Positions 36,250 through 45,552 of a stretch of DNA of 48,419 bases are shown here, piece after piece. This stretch comes from a bacterium (lineage in GTDB: Bacteria > Patescibacteriota > Minisyncoccia > Ryanbacterales > GWA2-47-10b). Made by a program: the position numbers and the translations under genes. Position 1 is the stretch's first letter. Each line of letters opens with the position of its first letter. The stretch spans positions 1-48,419 of the forward strand of contig JAQBTR010000005.1 of assembly GCA_027624915.1 (NCBI GenBank), read 5' to 3'. The notes under the pieces were generated by a model. That model saw nothing but the letters and a program-made list of their open reading frames with translations, made no database searches and was not told the DNA's origin.

Positions 36250-36701
36250 GAGCTAAAAGTTATGTTTCTTGCTGTAGGAGAAGAGTGAAAAAAGGTAATC
36301 CAAAGAGTGTCTTTTGGTAAAAGTTTTGAAACGCGCTCCGCCCACTCTATAACAACAATATTATTTGGCTCAGCTATAATATCTTTAAAACTCAAGGATT
36401 TTAGTTCTGATTGTTTTTTAATTCTATATAAATCTATGTGCCACAGATTTTTGAAAACTGAACGTGTAATAGTATAACGTTTTGCAATAACAAAAGTTGG
36501 TGACTGTATCTTAGATTTAGTCCCGAGGCCACGAGCTAGGTGTGTAGCAAAGAATGTTTTTCCAGATCCTAGCTCACCAGAAAGAGCAATAACAAATGAA
36601 CTCTTTCTTTTTCCACTATAGACTCGAAGTTCTTCACCAAGCAATCTGGCTAATTTTCTTGTATCCTTGGTGCTTTTTGATATATAAGACTTATTCATCA
36701 T
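36246..36701 (-). CDS. tsaE: tRNA threonylcarbamoyladenosine biosynthesis ATPase
   Basis: LSGELGSGKT, IQSPTF, HIDLYR, IEWAE; start at ATG 36701 or 36698. Confidence 0.94.
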   Translation of the reverse strand: MMNKSYISKSTKDTRKLARLLGEELRVYSGKRKSSFVIALSGELGSGKTFFATHLARGLGTKSKIQSPTFVIAKRYTITRSVFKNLWHIDLYRIKKQSELKSLSFKDIIAEPNNIVVIEWAERVSKLLPKDTLWITFFHSSPTARNITFSS

Positions 36702-36782
36702 TACGTCTAGACTAGCATAAAAATAAAATGGCCCCGCCTCATCCATTATGGATTATAGCGGAGCCGTTGGGTGTGTTTCTTC

Positions 36783-37388
36783 TCATTCAAAGGTATCGGG
36801 TGGCCTCCTGAACTGAACCACGCCAGATCTACGAGCTCGTTGATACCCATCTTCTTCTGCGGCCTCGGCCGTTTCAACCTCATGTTCGTAAGTGCCGCGC
36901 TCCTCGCCGCGCATACCCCTGCATTCAACGTCGTCTTCGTTACACCACCGTTCACCAGTTTCTAGATCAACAACAGGACCGTAGGACTCTTCAATGCCGC
37001 CAAAAGCTTCGAAGCCTTGCCCAATACCATCCAAGGTACCACCAACGGCATCCCCTACAAATTCCAGGGGTTTGCCGATTATGGTCTTGAATATCTTGCC
37101 AAGTGGACCACGTTTGCGATGAGTAAGTTGGTAGGGACCACGAACCCTTGCGCGAGGTTGTACGAGAACCTGGGGCTGATTATATCCCTGCCAGCCACCA
37201 TAACCGCCGTAGCCGCTATAGGGATAGGGGTACATACGCACCGGGTCGCGTCTGATGATGGTAACGTTGGGGCCGCGAGTAACTGTCCCGTACCCAAAAT
37301 CAAATGTTCTAATCTGTGAGTATGCGGCCGTTGGTAAGGCGATGAGAACGCCCACCAAGATGAGAATTGTGTAGATTGCCGTCTTCAT
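36783..37388 (-). CDS. Secreted hypothetical protein (Gly/Tyr/Pro-rich segment)
   Basis: Signal peptide ending AYS; SD AAAGGAG; consensus promoter. Confidence 0.75.
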   Translation of the reverse strand: MKTAIYTILILVGVLIALPTAAYSQIRTFDFGYGTVTRGPNVTIIRRDPVRMYPYPYSGYGGYGGWQGYNQPQVLVQPRARVRGPYQLTHRKRGPLGKIFKTIIGKPLEFVGDAVGGTLDGIGQGFEAFGGIEESYGPVVDLETGERWCNEDDVECRGMRGEERGTYEHEVETAEAAEEDGYQRARRSGVVQFRRPPDTFE

Positions 37389-37423
37389 GAGTGTTCTCCT
37401 TTTCGGTATTTATTCTAAAAGGA

Positions 37424-37452
37424 ATTATACAGGTAAATATGCTATTTGTCAA
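37424..37452 (-). promoter_or_regulatory. Perfect consensus sigma70 promoter
   Basis: TTGACA-AATAGCATATTTACCTG(17)-TATAAT. Confidence 0.8.
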
Positions 37453-37518
37453 TCCTTTATTTAATCCACTCATTATCCCCTAGACCATAGTGAAACCCGC
37501 GTGTTACGAATGTATATT

Positions 37519-38406
37519 ATGGAAGAGTTAAAAAATGCAATTAAAGAATCCTCCTCGGCAATTATTGTTTTGCCAGACCACGCCTCTGATAAAGACTATT
37601 TGGCGGCTCTTCAACTACAAAAAATTGCTGAAGATAAAATACATGTGTTGGCACCATCAGACAAAGAAGAGTCTTGGCAACAAATTTTTAACACCGAATC
37701 TCGTAAAAAAGAATTCGCAATAACCATTGATACAAAAGTTACGCCCGTTGAGGAGCTTCGTTATGAAAAAAATGGAACAAGTCTTATCATCTACCTATCT
37801 CATAGACAAAAGTTCGATCAGAAAGCTATTTCTTGTGCTGCCCATCTACCACCAAGCGACCTTTTTGTAACGATTGGATTTAGCTCTCAAGAAGAAGCAG
37901 AGGTGGCGCTCGAGCCACTTCCTCATAAGGGTGTTGCACGCCATCTCTGGATAGAAGACAAGAATACTGCGCCAGCGCTCACCGCAGAAACACCTGGAGA
38001 TTATGTATATGATGCGCCTGTGCGATCTAAGCTAGCTCCCGCACAAGCAGCGCTTCTTGGTAGATTTATGGTTAGGTCTCGAGAGGATTTTGAAAACGAT
38101 ATTCTTTGGTCATTTATCACTCGAGAAGATTTTTCTAAAACCGGTACAAGTATGCGAGAAATACTTCTTGTAATACAGTCATATGTAGAAATAGCTTCTC
38201 ACCCACCAACCTTAGCTATTTTCTGGCAACATGAAGACCAAAAAGGTACTCATGGGATTGTATGGTCTACAAACGAACAATTACTAGAAAACATGGCTGA
38301 TGAATTTGACATTGTAATTAAAACCCAACATGTAGAGCTCCCAGAATTCGCAAACTTCATAGAAGCAGAAACAACTGTACGTAAATTGCTGCGACTAGCT
38401 CTCTAG
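37519..38406 (+). CDS. Degenerate DHH/NrnA-like phosphoesterase-fold protein
   Basis: IIVLP....D..AAL, FAITID, ELRYEK..LIIYL, DLFVTIG, LLGR..R, WSFITREDF resemble CPR DHH-like proteins from recall; DHH motif absent. Confidence 0.55.
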   Translation: MEELKNAIKESSSAIIVLPDHASDKDYLAALQLQKIAEDKIHVLAPSDKEESWQQIFNTESRKKEFAITIDTKVTPVEELRYEKNGTSLIIYLSHRQKFDQKAISCAAHLPPSDLFVTIGFSSQEEAEVALEPLPHKGVARHLWIEDKNTAPALTAETPGDYVYDAPVRSKLAPAQAALLGRFMVRSREDFENDILWSFITREDFSKTGTSMREILLVIQSYVEIASHPPTLAIFWQHEDQKGTHGIVWSTNEQLLENMADEFDIVIKTQHVELPEFANFIEAETTVRKLLRLAL

Positions 38407-38420
38407 GGTAACATAAGGGT

Positions 38421-40091
38421 GTGGCAGAATTTGATAAAGAAAAACGAGAAGAAAAATTAGCTAATATACGATCAAGGGAGGAAGAAGACCTTGCTCGTAT
38501 TTTGTCTAAGCGTTATAAAATCCCATACCTTGATCTTACACGAGTTTCAATTGATCTTGACGCCCTAAAAAAAATTCCCGAAGAAAAGTCTCGAGCCGCT
38601 GGCGTGGCTATTGTACAGGCAACTGGACGAAAACTACAGGTTGCTGTAAAAAATCCAAACATTGCATCCGTAAGAGAAATTATTGAAGAACTCCATAGAG
38701 AAGGTTATGAGCCTCAACTTTTCCTAGCTTCAATTCAAAGCCTTGAACGAGCATGGGTGCGATATAAAGAAATAGCAAAAGAAAGCATACAAACTGGAGA
38801 TATTATAGATATCTACAAAGACGATGTTCGTGATTTTCGAAATAAATTAAAAAATTCTAAAGATTTTCAAAAAGAACTGTCTACAAAAATCGCACAGGGT
38901 GCCTCTAGAAGGGCAACGGACCTTTTAGACTTAGTATTGGCTGGCGCATATGAACTCGAAGCTTCTGATATTCATATCGAACCAGAAGAGACTCTTGCTA
39001 AATTTCGATTAAGGCTCGATGGAATTCTGCACAATATCTTAGACTTAACACACGAAGCCCATAGAATACTCTTATCGCGCATCAAGCTTACATCTGGTTT
39101 AAAACTCAATATACATAAACGGGCGCAAGATGGAAGGTTTACAATTCGCAATAACGATGTAGACATTGAAATCCGTGTTTCTACATTGCCAGGACCATAC
39201 GGCGAATCTATTGTTATGCGTTTGTTGCACCCTAATGCAATCTCAACAACTTTTGACGAACTTGGTATGTTAAAACCTGTCCGTGAAATGATTGAAAAAG
39301 AAATTCATCGTCCTAACGGAATGGTAATAACGACAGGCCCTACCGGCTCTGGTAAAACAACTACACTGTATGCTTTTTTGAAAAAGCTTCGTAGCTCAGA
39401 AATAAAAATAATCACAATTGAAGACCCTATCGAGTATCACCTACAAGGAATTACACAAACTCAGGTGAGTCATTCGGCAGAATACACATTTGAAACTGGT
39501 CTTTCTGCGATTGTTCGTCAGGACCCTGATATCATCTTAGTTGGTGAGATTAGAAACAAAGAGACTGCGGAAATTGCTATGCATGCATCACTAACAGGAC
39601 ACTTGGTATTCTCTACATTACACACAAACAACGCCCCAGGAACAATACCTCGTTTGGTTGACCTTGGTGTACAGCCAAATATTATAGCGCCAGCAATCAA
39701 CGTAGCTATTGCACAACGACTTGTGCGCAAGCTTTGTGCTCACTGTCGTCAGGAAACAAGAGTAACGGAGGAGGAGGAGCAAATCATTATAAAAGCGGTA
39801 GAGGCTCTACCAAAGACCTATAAAAAACCAGACTTAACAAATATAAAAACTTTTGGATCAAACGCATGTGATAAATGTAACTACACAGGATACAAGGGGC
39901 GTATTGGTGTGTTTGAGGCCTTCTTGATTGATGATGAGATTGAGCAATTAATTTTAAAAAATCCTTCTGAGGCGGCTGTCAGAGAGGCGGCGGTTAGGAA
40001 GGGTATGGCAAGTATGCTTCAGGATGGTATCTTAAAGCTTCTCCTTGGCCTAACAACATTCTCTGAACTTAAAAGAACTGTGGGAATTTAA
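38421..40091 (+). CDS. pilB: Type IV pilus assembly ATPase PilB/GspE family
   Basis: ASDIHIEP, QDGR, GPTGSGKTTTLY, EDPIEY, RQDPD, TGHLVFSTLHTN, CxxC pairs. Confidence 0.9.
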   Translation: MAEFDKEKREEKLANIRSREEEDLARILSKRYKIPYLDLTRVSIDLDALKKIPEEKSRAAGVAIVQATGRKLQVAVKNPNIASVREIIEELHREGYEPQLFLASIQSLERAWVRYKEIAKESIQTGDIIDIYKDDVRDFRNKLKNSKDFQKELSTKIAQGASRRATDLLDLVLAGAYELEASDIHIEPEETLAKFRLRLDGILHNILDLTHEAHRILLSRIKLTSGLKLNIHKRAQDGRFTIRNNDVDIEIRVSTLPGPYGESIVMRLLHPNAISTTFDELGMLKPVREMIEKEIHRPNGMVITTGPTGSGKTTTLYAFLKKLRSSEIKIITIEDPIEYHLQGITQTQVSHSAEYTFETGLSAIVRQDPDIILVGEIRNKETAEIAMHASLTGHLVFSTLHTNNAPGTIPRLVDLGVQPNIIAPAINVAIAQRLVRKLCAHCRQETRVTEEEEQIIIKAVEALPKTYKKPDLTNIKTFGSNACDKCNYTGYKGRIGVFEAFLIDDEIEQLILKNPSEAAVREAAVRKGMASMLQDGILKLLLGLTTFSELKRTVGI

Positions 40092-40125
40092 AAAAACACC
40101 CCGCTAATAGGGGAGTGTTTTTTTA
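40089..40125. terminator. Bidirectional terminator between pilB and the candidate ncRNA
   Basis: TAAAAAAACAC-CCC..GGG-AGTGTTTTTTTA. Confidence 0.75.
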
Positions 40126-40132
40126 AACAAAA

Positions 40133-40370
40133 GTTCTCTCTAAAAGTCTCCAGGCAATGTGCCCGGGCATGGGTACCACGGGCTGAGAGCCCCTTCGAGG
40201 AACAACCGAGCGACCCCCTCCTTTCAAAAAAGATATCACTGGCATACAAGACAAAATATGTCATAGTACCCATATATCCTTCCTGAAAGGAAAGGGACCA
40301 GGTTGCCCAATGACTAAAAGAAGGCCCAGATAAGGTAAACCTCACTTGCCTAGAGACTCCTAGAGAGAAC
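40133..40370 (-). ncRNA. Unassigned highly structured ncRNA candidate (~238 nt)
   Basis: Ends form a ~25-bp stem; inner stems TCTGGGC/GCCCGGG and ATGGGTACTATG/CGTGGTACCCAT; non-WC pairs are G-U on the minus strand; terminator directly downstream. Confidence 0.7.
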
Positions 40371-40421
40371 AATTATAGATATATCAAACAAGCGGACATA
40401 TTGTAGCGTAAAATTACTAAG

Positions 40422-41423
40422 ATGTCAATACCCAAAAAAAAACAAGAGGAATTTGCCCTAGATAGTACATTACGACCAAATCAATGGGATGATTACGTGG
40501 GTCAGCAATCTATAAAGGAAAATCTACAGATTCTTATTGAGGCTGCAAAAAAAAGGAAAGAACCTTTGGAACACCTTCTTTTTTATGGTCCTCCTGGTCT
40601 TGGAAAGACAACTCTCGCACACCTTATACGCTCAGAAATGGGGGCACAAATGAAAATTACCTCTGGGCCTGCAATAGAAAAAGTTGGTGATTTAGCATCC
40701 ATTCTCACAAACCTACAAGACAATGATATTTTGTTTATTGATGAGGTGCATCGACTAAATAAGCTGGTTGAAGAGATTTTATATCCAGCAATGGAGGCGC
40801 GGAGCCTAGATATTATTATAGGAAAAGGTCCTGCGGCACGCACTATCCAAATAGAGCTCCCAAAATTTTCACTGGTTGCAGCAACAACTCGTATAGCCCT
40901 TTTGTCTTCCCCTCTTCGTTCTCGTTTTTCTGGAGGAATATACAGATTAGAATATTATACCGAAGAAAATATACAAAAAATCTTAGCTCGTTCGGCAATG
41001 TTGCTTGGAGTGACAGCGGAGGATTCAGCTCTTATGGAAATAGCCAAAAGAAGTAGGTTTACGCCACGCATGGCAAATCATCTACTAAAACGCTGTCGTG
41101 ACGTTGCAATAGTTAGAGGAGATGGTATTATTTCTCAACGTATAGCAAAGATGGCTTTAGATCTTCTTGATATAGACGAACTTGGTTTAGAGGCAGAGGA
41201 TAGAAGAATTTTGGATATATTAGTAAATAAATTTAATGGTGGTCCTGTTGGACTCGGAACTCTTGCGGCAGCTGCATCAGAGGAAGTAAGCACTATTGAA
41301 GAAATACACGAACCATATCTTTTACGTCTAGGATTTATCGAACGCACACCAAGAGGTCGCATAGCCACAAACAAAGCTTATGAACACTTAGGCCTATCCG
41401 TTAATGATGGCCAGTTATTCTAA
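40422..41423 (+). CDS. ruvB: Holliday junction helicase RuvB
   Basis: LRP, GPPGLGKTTLA, FIDEVHRL, GGPVGL, RTPRGR. Confidence 0.97.
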   Translation: MSIPKKKQEEFALDSTLRPNQWDDYVGQQSIKENLQILIEAAKKRKEPLEHLLFYGPPGLGKTTLAHLIRSEMGAQMKITSGPAIEKVGDLASILTNLQDNDILFIDEVHRLNKLVEEILYPAMEARSLDIIIGKGPAARTIQIELPKFSLVAATTRIALLSSPLRSRFSGGIYRLEYYTEENIQKILARSAMLLGVTAEDSALMEIAKRSRFTPRMANHLLKRCRDVAIVRGDGIISQRIAKMALDLLDIDELGLEAEDRRILDILVNKFNGGPVGLGTLAAAASEEVSTIEEIHEPYLLRLGFIERTPRGRIATNKAYEHLGLSVNDGQLF

Positions 41424-41437
41424 TCATAAAACTATCT

Positions 41438-41986
41438 ATGTCAGGACATTCAAAGTGGTCTACAATAAAACACAAAAAGGCAGTGACTGATGTAAAAAGA
41501 GGAAAGTTGTTTTCAAAACTAGGTAAGGCTATTACTGTCGCCGCACGAGAGAAGGGTGGCGATCCAGAAATGAACCCAACATTACGTACGGCTATTCAAA
41601 AAGCAAAAGAAGTTAGTATGCCTCAAGAGAATATAGATAGAGCAGTTTCAAGGGGCGCTGGTGGTGATGGAGACACAATACTACAAGAGTGTGTGTACGA
41701 AGCTTATGGGCCCGGGGGTGTCGCTCTTATTATTACAGGAATTACAGATAATAATAACCGTACATCAAATGAATTAAAACATCTTTTATCTCAAAACAAC
41801 TCTAAACTCGCAAGCCCCGGTAGTGTTCTCTGGGCTTTTGAAAAAAAAGATGGAGAGTGGTTTCCTCAAGAATATAGCCTCGTTGCTCTTTCTAAATCAG
41901 ACAACGACTCTCTTTTAAAACTTATGAATACTATTGATGACCACGATGACGTACAGGATATTTATACAAACAACAAAGAAGAATGA
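41438..41986 (+). CDS. yebC: YebC/PmpR family protein (short form)
   Basis: MSGHSKWSTIKHKK, YEAYGPGG, TDNNNRT, DDHDDVQDIYTN. Confidence 0.95.
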   Translation: MSGHSKWSTIKHKKAVTDVKRGKLFSKLGKAITVAAREKGGDPEMNPTLRTAIQKAKEVSMPQENIDRAVSRGAGGDGDTILQECVYEAYGPGGVALIITGITDNNNRTSNELKHLLSQNNSKLASPGSVLWAFEKKDGEWFPQEYSLVALSKSDNDSLLKLMNTIDDHDDVQDIYTNNKEE

Positions 41987-42444
41987 GGGTATTAGGAATC
42001 GATCCTGGTATTGAACGTGTCGGATGGGGAATAACGGTTTCTCATGGAAATGATGCAACATATATAAATTGTGGTTGCATAAAAACTTCTAAAAAATTGT
42101 CACACTATGAACGACTAACTTTAGTTGCTGACAAATTAAAACAGGTTATCATTCGAGAAAAACCAGATAAGGCGAGTGTCGAAAAACTTTTCTTTTCTAC
42201 AAACAAAAAAACAGCCCTTACTGTTGCCGAGGCTCGTGGTGTTATCTTATATACAATACACAAAGAGGGTCTTCCTATAGAAGAGTTCACACCTTTAGAG
42301 GTAAAAATGGCTATAACAGGAAACGGAAAGGCTGATAAGAAACAGGTTGCGTGGATGGTAAAAAACATATTAAAAATAAAAGAAGATATAACTCAGGATG
42401 ATGCTTTAGACGCTCTCGCGCTCTCACTTATGATAAGGAGTTGA
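41983..42444 (+). CDS. ruvC: Crossover junction endodeoxyribonuclease RuvC
   Basis: VLGIDPG, VEKLFF, EARG, GKADKKQV, DDALDALA. Confidence 0.96.
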   Translation: MRVLGIDPGIERVGWGITVSHGNDATYINCGCIKTSKKLSHYERLTLVADKLKQVIIREKPDKASVEKLFFSTNKKTALTVAEARGVILYTIHKEGLPIEEFTPLEVKMAITGNGKADKKQVAWMVKNILKIKEDITQDDALDALALSLMIRS

Positions 42445-42445
42445 G

Positions 42446-42454
42446 TTATCCACA
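42446..42454 (+). promoter_or_regulatory. Perfect DnaA box
   Basis: TTATCCACA in intergenic DNA. Confidence 0.55.
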
Positions 42455-42561
42455 TTTATTTTATTGCGAGAGTATTCATAGTGGGTGTATGTTCTTCTTA
42501 TTAGCGACATAAAGAGAATAGGACAAAAAAGGTCACCATTTAAAGGGTAATAGTTGACACA

Positions 42562-42705
42562 ATGGACTTTGTAAAAAACACTTGGGATTTGGAACAAGAA
42601 GAGCTCGTTGACGAAGAAGACGATGGTCTTTATGGAGAAGATAAAGAAAATGAACAGGATGTTGAGTTCGATGATGATGACACATTTAGCGAAGAGGGTA
42701 TGTAA
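42562..42705 (+). CDS. 47-aa hyper-acidic small protein
   Basis: MDFVKNTWDLEQEELVDEEDDGLYGEDKENEQDVEFDDDDTFSEEGM; below the ORF-track cutoff; terminator immediately follows. Confidence 0.65.
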   Translation: MDFVKNTWDLEQEELVDEEDDGLYGEDKENEQDVEFDDDDTFSEEGM

Positions 42706-42707
42706 TT

Positions 42708-42743
42708 AATCAAAAAACACCGCTAAAACGGTGTTTTTTGATT
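42708..42743 (+). terminator. Rho-independent terminator
   Basis: AATCAAAAAACACCG-CTAAAA-CGGTGTTTTTTGATT. Confidence 0.8.
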
Positions 42744-42790
42744 TTTAAAAAACCTAGCCAAAATAGCTTTTATGTGGTACTTTTTAAAAC

Positions 42791-45265
42791 GTGTCTAAAA
42801 GAAAAAAATATAGTAGAAAGTTCTTTTTAACTCTTTTTTTTGGGGGCGGTTTTGTGGCCTCTGTATTTATATTTTGGCTCCTGTTTCTTATAGTAGAAAT
42901 TCCTAGTGTAGACGATTTTGAAAGTCGTGTAGTACCAGAATCAACTAAAATTTTTGATAGTACTGGAGAAACGTTGCTTTGGGAAATACATGGGGATCAA
43001 AAAAGAACAACTATTCCTTTGGAAGAGATCTCTCGTAACGCGAGAAATGCGACTATAGCAATAGAAGATAACTCTTTTTATACTCATCATGGAATTCGAC
43101 TTTTGTCTCTTTTCCGTGTTATTTTTCTAAACACCCTTCAAGGAAAATCAATTGGAAGTGGAGGCTCAACAATAACTCAACAACTCGTAAAAAACACATT
43201 ACTTACGCCTGAGCGAACGATAACGAGAAAAATAAAAGAAGTAGTTATTGCATTTAAACTAGAGACGGCACTTACAAAAGATGAAATTCTAACTCTTTAT
43301 CTAAATGAAATTCCTTATGGTTCTAATGCTTATGGTATTGAAGCAGCTTCCCAAAATTATTTTGGGAAATCTGCTTCCAAATTAAGTTTAGCTGAGTCTG
43401 CCTACCTAGCAGCCCTTCCAAAAGCCCCTACATATTTTTCACCTTATGGGAGCCGTAGTAATGAACTCGAGTCTAGAAAAAACTTAGTGCTAACACGGAT
43501 GAAAGAAATTCAGTATATAACAGAAGATGAGTATGAAAGCGCAAAAAATGAACTTGTAGAGTTTTTACCACAGAGCCGATTGGGAATCCGTGCTCCTCAT
43601 TTTGTAATTTATGTTAGAGAGGAGTTAATTGAAAAATATGGGGAAGAGTTTGTTGAGCGTGGCGGACTTACCGTAATAACAACTCTCGATATAGAACTTC
43701 AGGAAAAGGCCGAGGAAATTGTAGCAAGAAAAGTAGAAGAAAATACAGAGAGGTTTAATGCAACAAACGCGAGTCTCATAGCAATAGATCCAAAAACAGG
43801 TCGGATTATTACTATGGTTGGTTCTAAAGACTATTTTGATATTGAAAATAATGGAAACTTTAATGTCTCACTTGGTTTACGTCAGCCAGGGTCTTCGTTT
43901 AAGCCATTGGTTTATGCAACAGCGTTTAAACAAGGATATACGCCTGAGACTGTTGTTTTTGACCTAGAAACACAGTTTGCAGCCTACGGTGAGGATTATA
44001 CCCCACAAAACTATGATGAGGTCTTTAGAGGCCCTATAACACTTAGGAATGCGTTGGCTCAATCTATAAATGTACCTGCTGTAAAGACCCTTTACTTAAG
44101 TGGGGTTCGAGAGGCAATAGAAACGGCTCGAGATTTTGGAATTAGTACACTTGTTGATCCTTCTCGGTATGGATTATCTCTTGTTCTCGGTGGTGGTGAA
44201 GTAAAACTTTTAGAGCTTACATCTGCTTATAGTGTTTTTGCAAATAAGGGAATAAGAACAGATTATCACCCAATAATCGAGGTTAGAGATAGTTCTGGAA
44301 AAATTCTAGAACAAGAGCGTATTTCTTCAAGGCGAGTTCTTGATGAGAATATATCAAACCTTGTAACAGACATTCTTTCTGATAATAAAGCTCGTACACC
44401 AGCTTTTGGTGCACGCTCCCCTTTATATTTTGATAATCATGACGTTGCTGCAAAAACTGGTACTACAAATGATTTTCGTGATGCATGGACTATTGGATAT
44501 AATCCAAATCTTGTTGTTGGAGCCTGGGCTGGAAACAACGACAACTCGTCAATGAAAAAGAAGGTGGCTGGATTTATTATCACGCCATTATGGCGCGAAT
44601 TTATGGATATAGCATTAGCTAAGTTAGATGGTGGTGGAAATGCAAAATTTACAACACCAGACTTTCCAAACCCTAAAAAACCAGTTCTTCGTGGTGAATG
44701 GAAAGGCTCTCAAAGTTTTATGGTTGATAAGTTATCAGGAAAAATAGCTACAGAATATACACCACTAAATCAACAGGAGGAAAAAATTATTCAATCTATT
44801 CATTCAATTCTTTACTGGGTAGACAAAGATGATCCTGATGGTGATTTTCCTAAAGAACCAATGAATGATATTCAATTTGGGCGTTGGGAAGAACCTGTAC
44901 GCAAGTGGGCAAAAGAACAAAACCTTAAAGATGAGGAGATTCCTGAAGGGTTTTTTGAAATTGATATTTCTCATAACCCTGAAAATTGGCCTGTAGTAAT
45001 ATTCACTCATACAGGAGAAAAAATATCATTTAGAAAAGATGAAAAATTAATATTTTATCCTCAAATAATTTCAAAGTTTTCTGTTTCTCAAGTAGATGTC
45101 TTTATTGATGGTAACTTTGTTAGGTCAGAACGACAAAGCATCTCTCAACTACAAATAAACCAAGATTCGTTACACCTTACTCTTGGTGATCACTTATTAA
45201 CACTTCGTGTATATGACGTACTTGGTAACAAAAACGAAGGTGTTCTTGGGTTTTCTATTAATTAG
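42791..45265 (+). CDS. Class A penicillin-binding protein (transglycosylase + transpeptidase)
   Basis: EDNSFY, GGSTITQQLVKN, RKIKE, SSFK, SIN, KTGT. Confidence 0.95.
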   Translation: MSKRKKYSRKFFLTLFFGGGFVASVFIFWLLFLIVEIPSVDDFESRVVPESTKIFDSTGETLLWEIHGDQKRTTIPLEEISRNARNATIAIEDNSFYTHHGIRLLSLFRVIFLNTLQGKSIGSGGSTITQQLVKNTLLTPERTITRKIKEVVIAFKLETALTKDEILTLYLNEIPYGSNAYGIEAASQNYFGKSASKLSLAESAYLAALPKAPTYFSPYGSRSNELESRKNLVLTRMKEIQYITEDEYESAKNELVEFLPQSRLGIRAPHFVIYVREELIEKYGEEFVERGGLTVITTLDIELQEKAEEIVARKVEENTERFNATNASLIAIDPKTGRIITMVGSKDYFDIENNGNFNVSLGLRQPGSSFKPLVYATAFKQGYTPETVVFDLETQFAAYGEDYTPQNYDEVFRGPITLRNALAQSINVPAVKTLYLSGVREAIETARDFGISTLVDPSRYGLSLVLGGGEVKLLELTSAYSVFANKGIRTDYHPIIEVRDSSGKILEQERISSRRVLDENISNLVTDILSDNKARTPAFGARSPLYFDNHDVAAKTGTTNDFRDAWTIGYNPNLVVGAWAGNNDNSSMKKKVAGFIITPLWREFMDIALAKLDGGGNAKFTTPDFPNPKKPVLRGEWKGSQSFMVDKLSGKIATEYTPLNQQEEKIIQSIHSILYWVDKDDPDGDFPKEPMNDIQFGRWEEPVRKWAKEQNLKDEEIPEGFFEIDISHNPENWPVVIFTHTGEKISFRKDEKLIFYPQIISKFSVSQVDVFIDGNFVRSERQSISQLQINQDSLHLTLGDHLLTLRVYDVLGNKNEGVLGFSIN

Positions 45266-45552
45266 TTTTTAAAAATTATACGAGAAATAGAAAGCGAAGG
45301 ATTTAAATCTTTCGCTCTTTGTTTTATTCTTTCTTGTGAAAGAATTATTTGTTGTTTAACAGAGCTTGATTGGGAATGAATAATAAGTACACCTTCTTTA
45401 TAAGAAACGGTGAAATTTTTTATATTTTTTGGCAAACACGAGAAAACAACAGAATATAGAGTATTGGATTCTTTTGTGTTTTTAACGGTGTTTGTCTTGT
45501 CTATCCTTTCAAAGGCAGCTGTAAGTAAAGATTGAATCTTTATAAGACTCAT
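45262..45552 (-). CDS. dciA: DciA/DUF721-like helicase-loading protein
   Basis: GVLIIHSQSSSVKQQI...RI pattern; overlaps dnaN stop. Confidence 0.55.
   Translation of the reverse strand: MSLIKIQSLLTAAFERIDKTNTVKNTKESNTLYSVVFSCLPKNIKNFTVSYKEGVLIIHSQSSSVKQQIILSQERIKQRAKDLNPSLSISRIIFKN

Noticed and set aside
40133-40370. RNase P, SRP or tmRNA identity
   Set aside because: No GAGGAAAGUCC P4 motif, no SRP domain IV GGAA/AGCAG symmetric loop, no tRNA-like ends.
40088-40372. 94-aa TTG-start ORF
   Set aside because: No recognisable protein features; runs through a terminator; long-range G-U-rich pairing favours an RNA.
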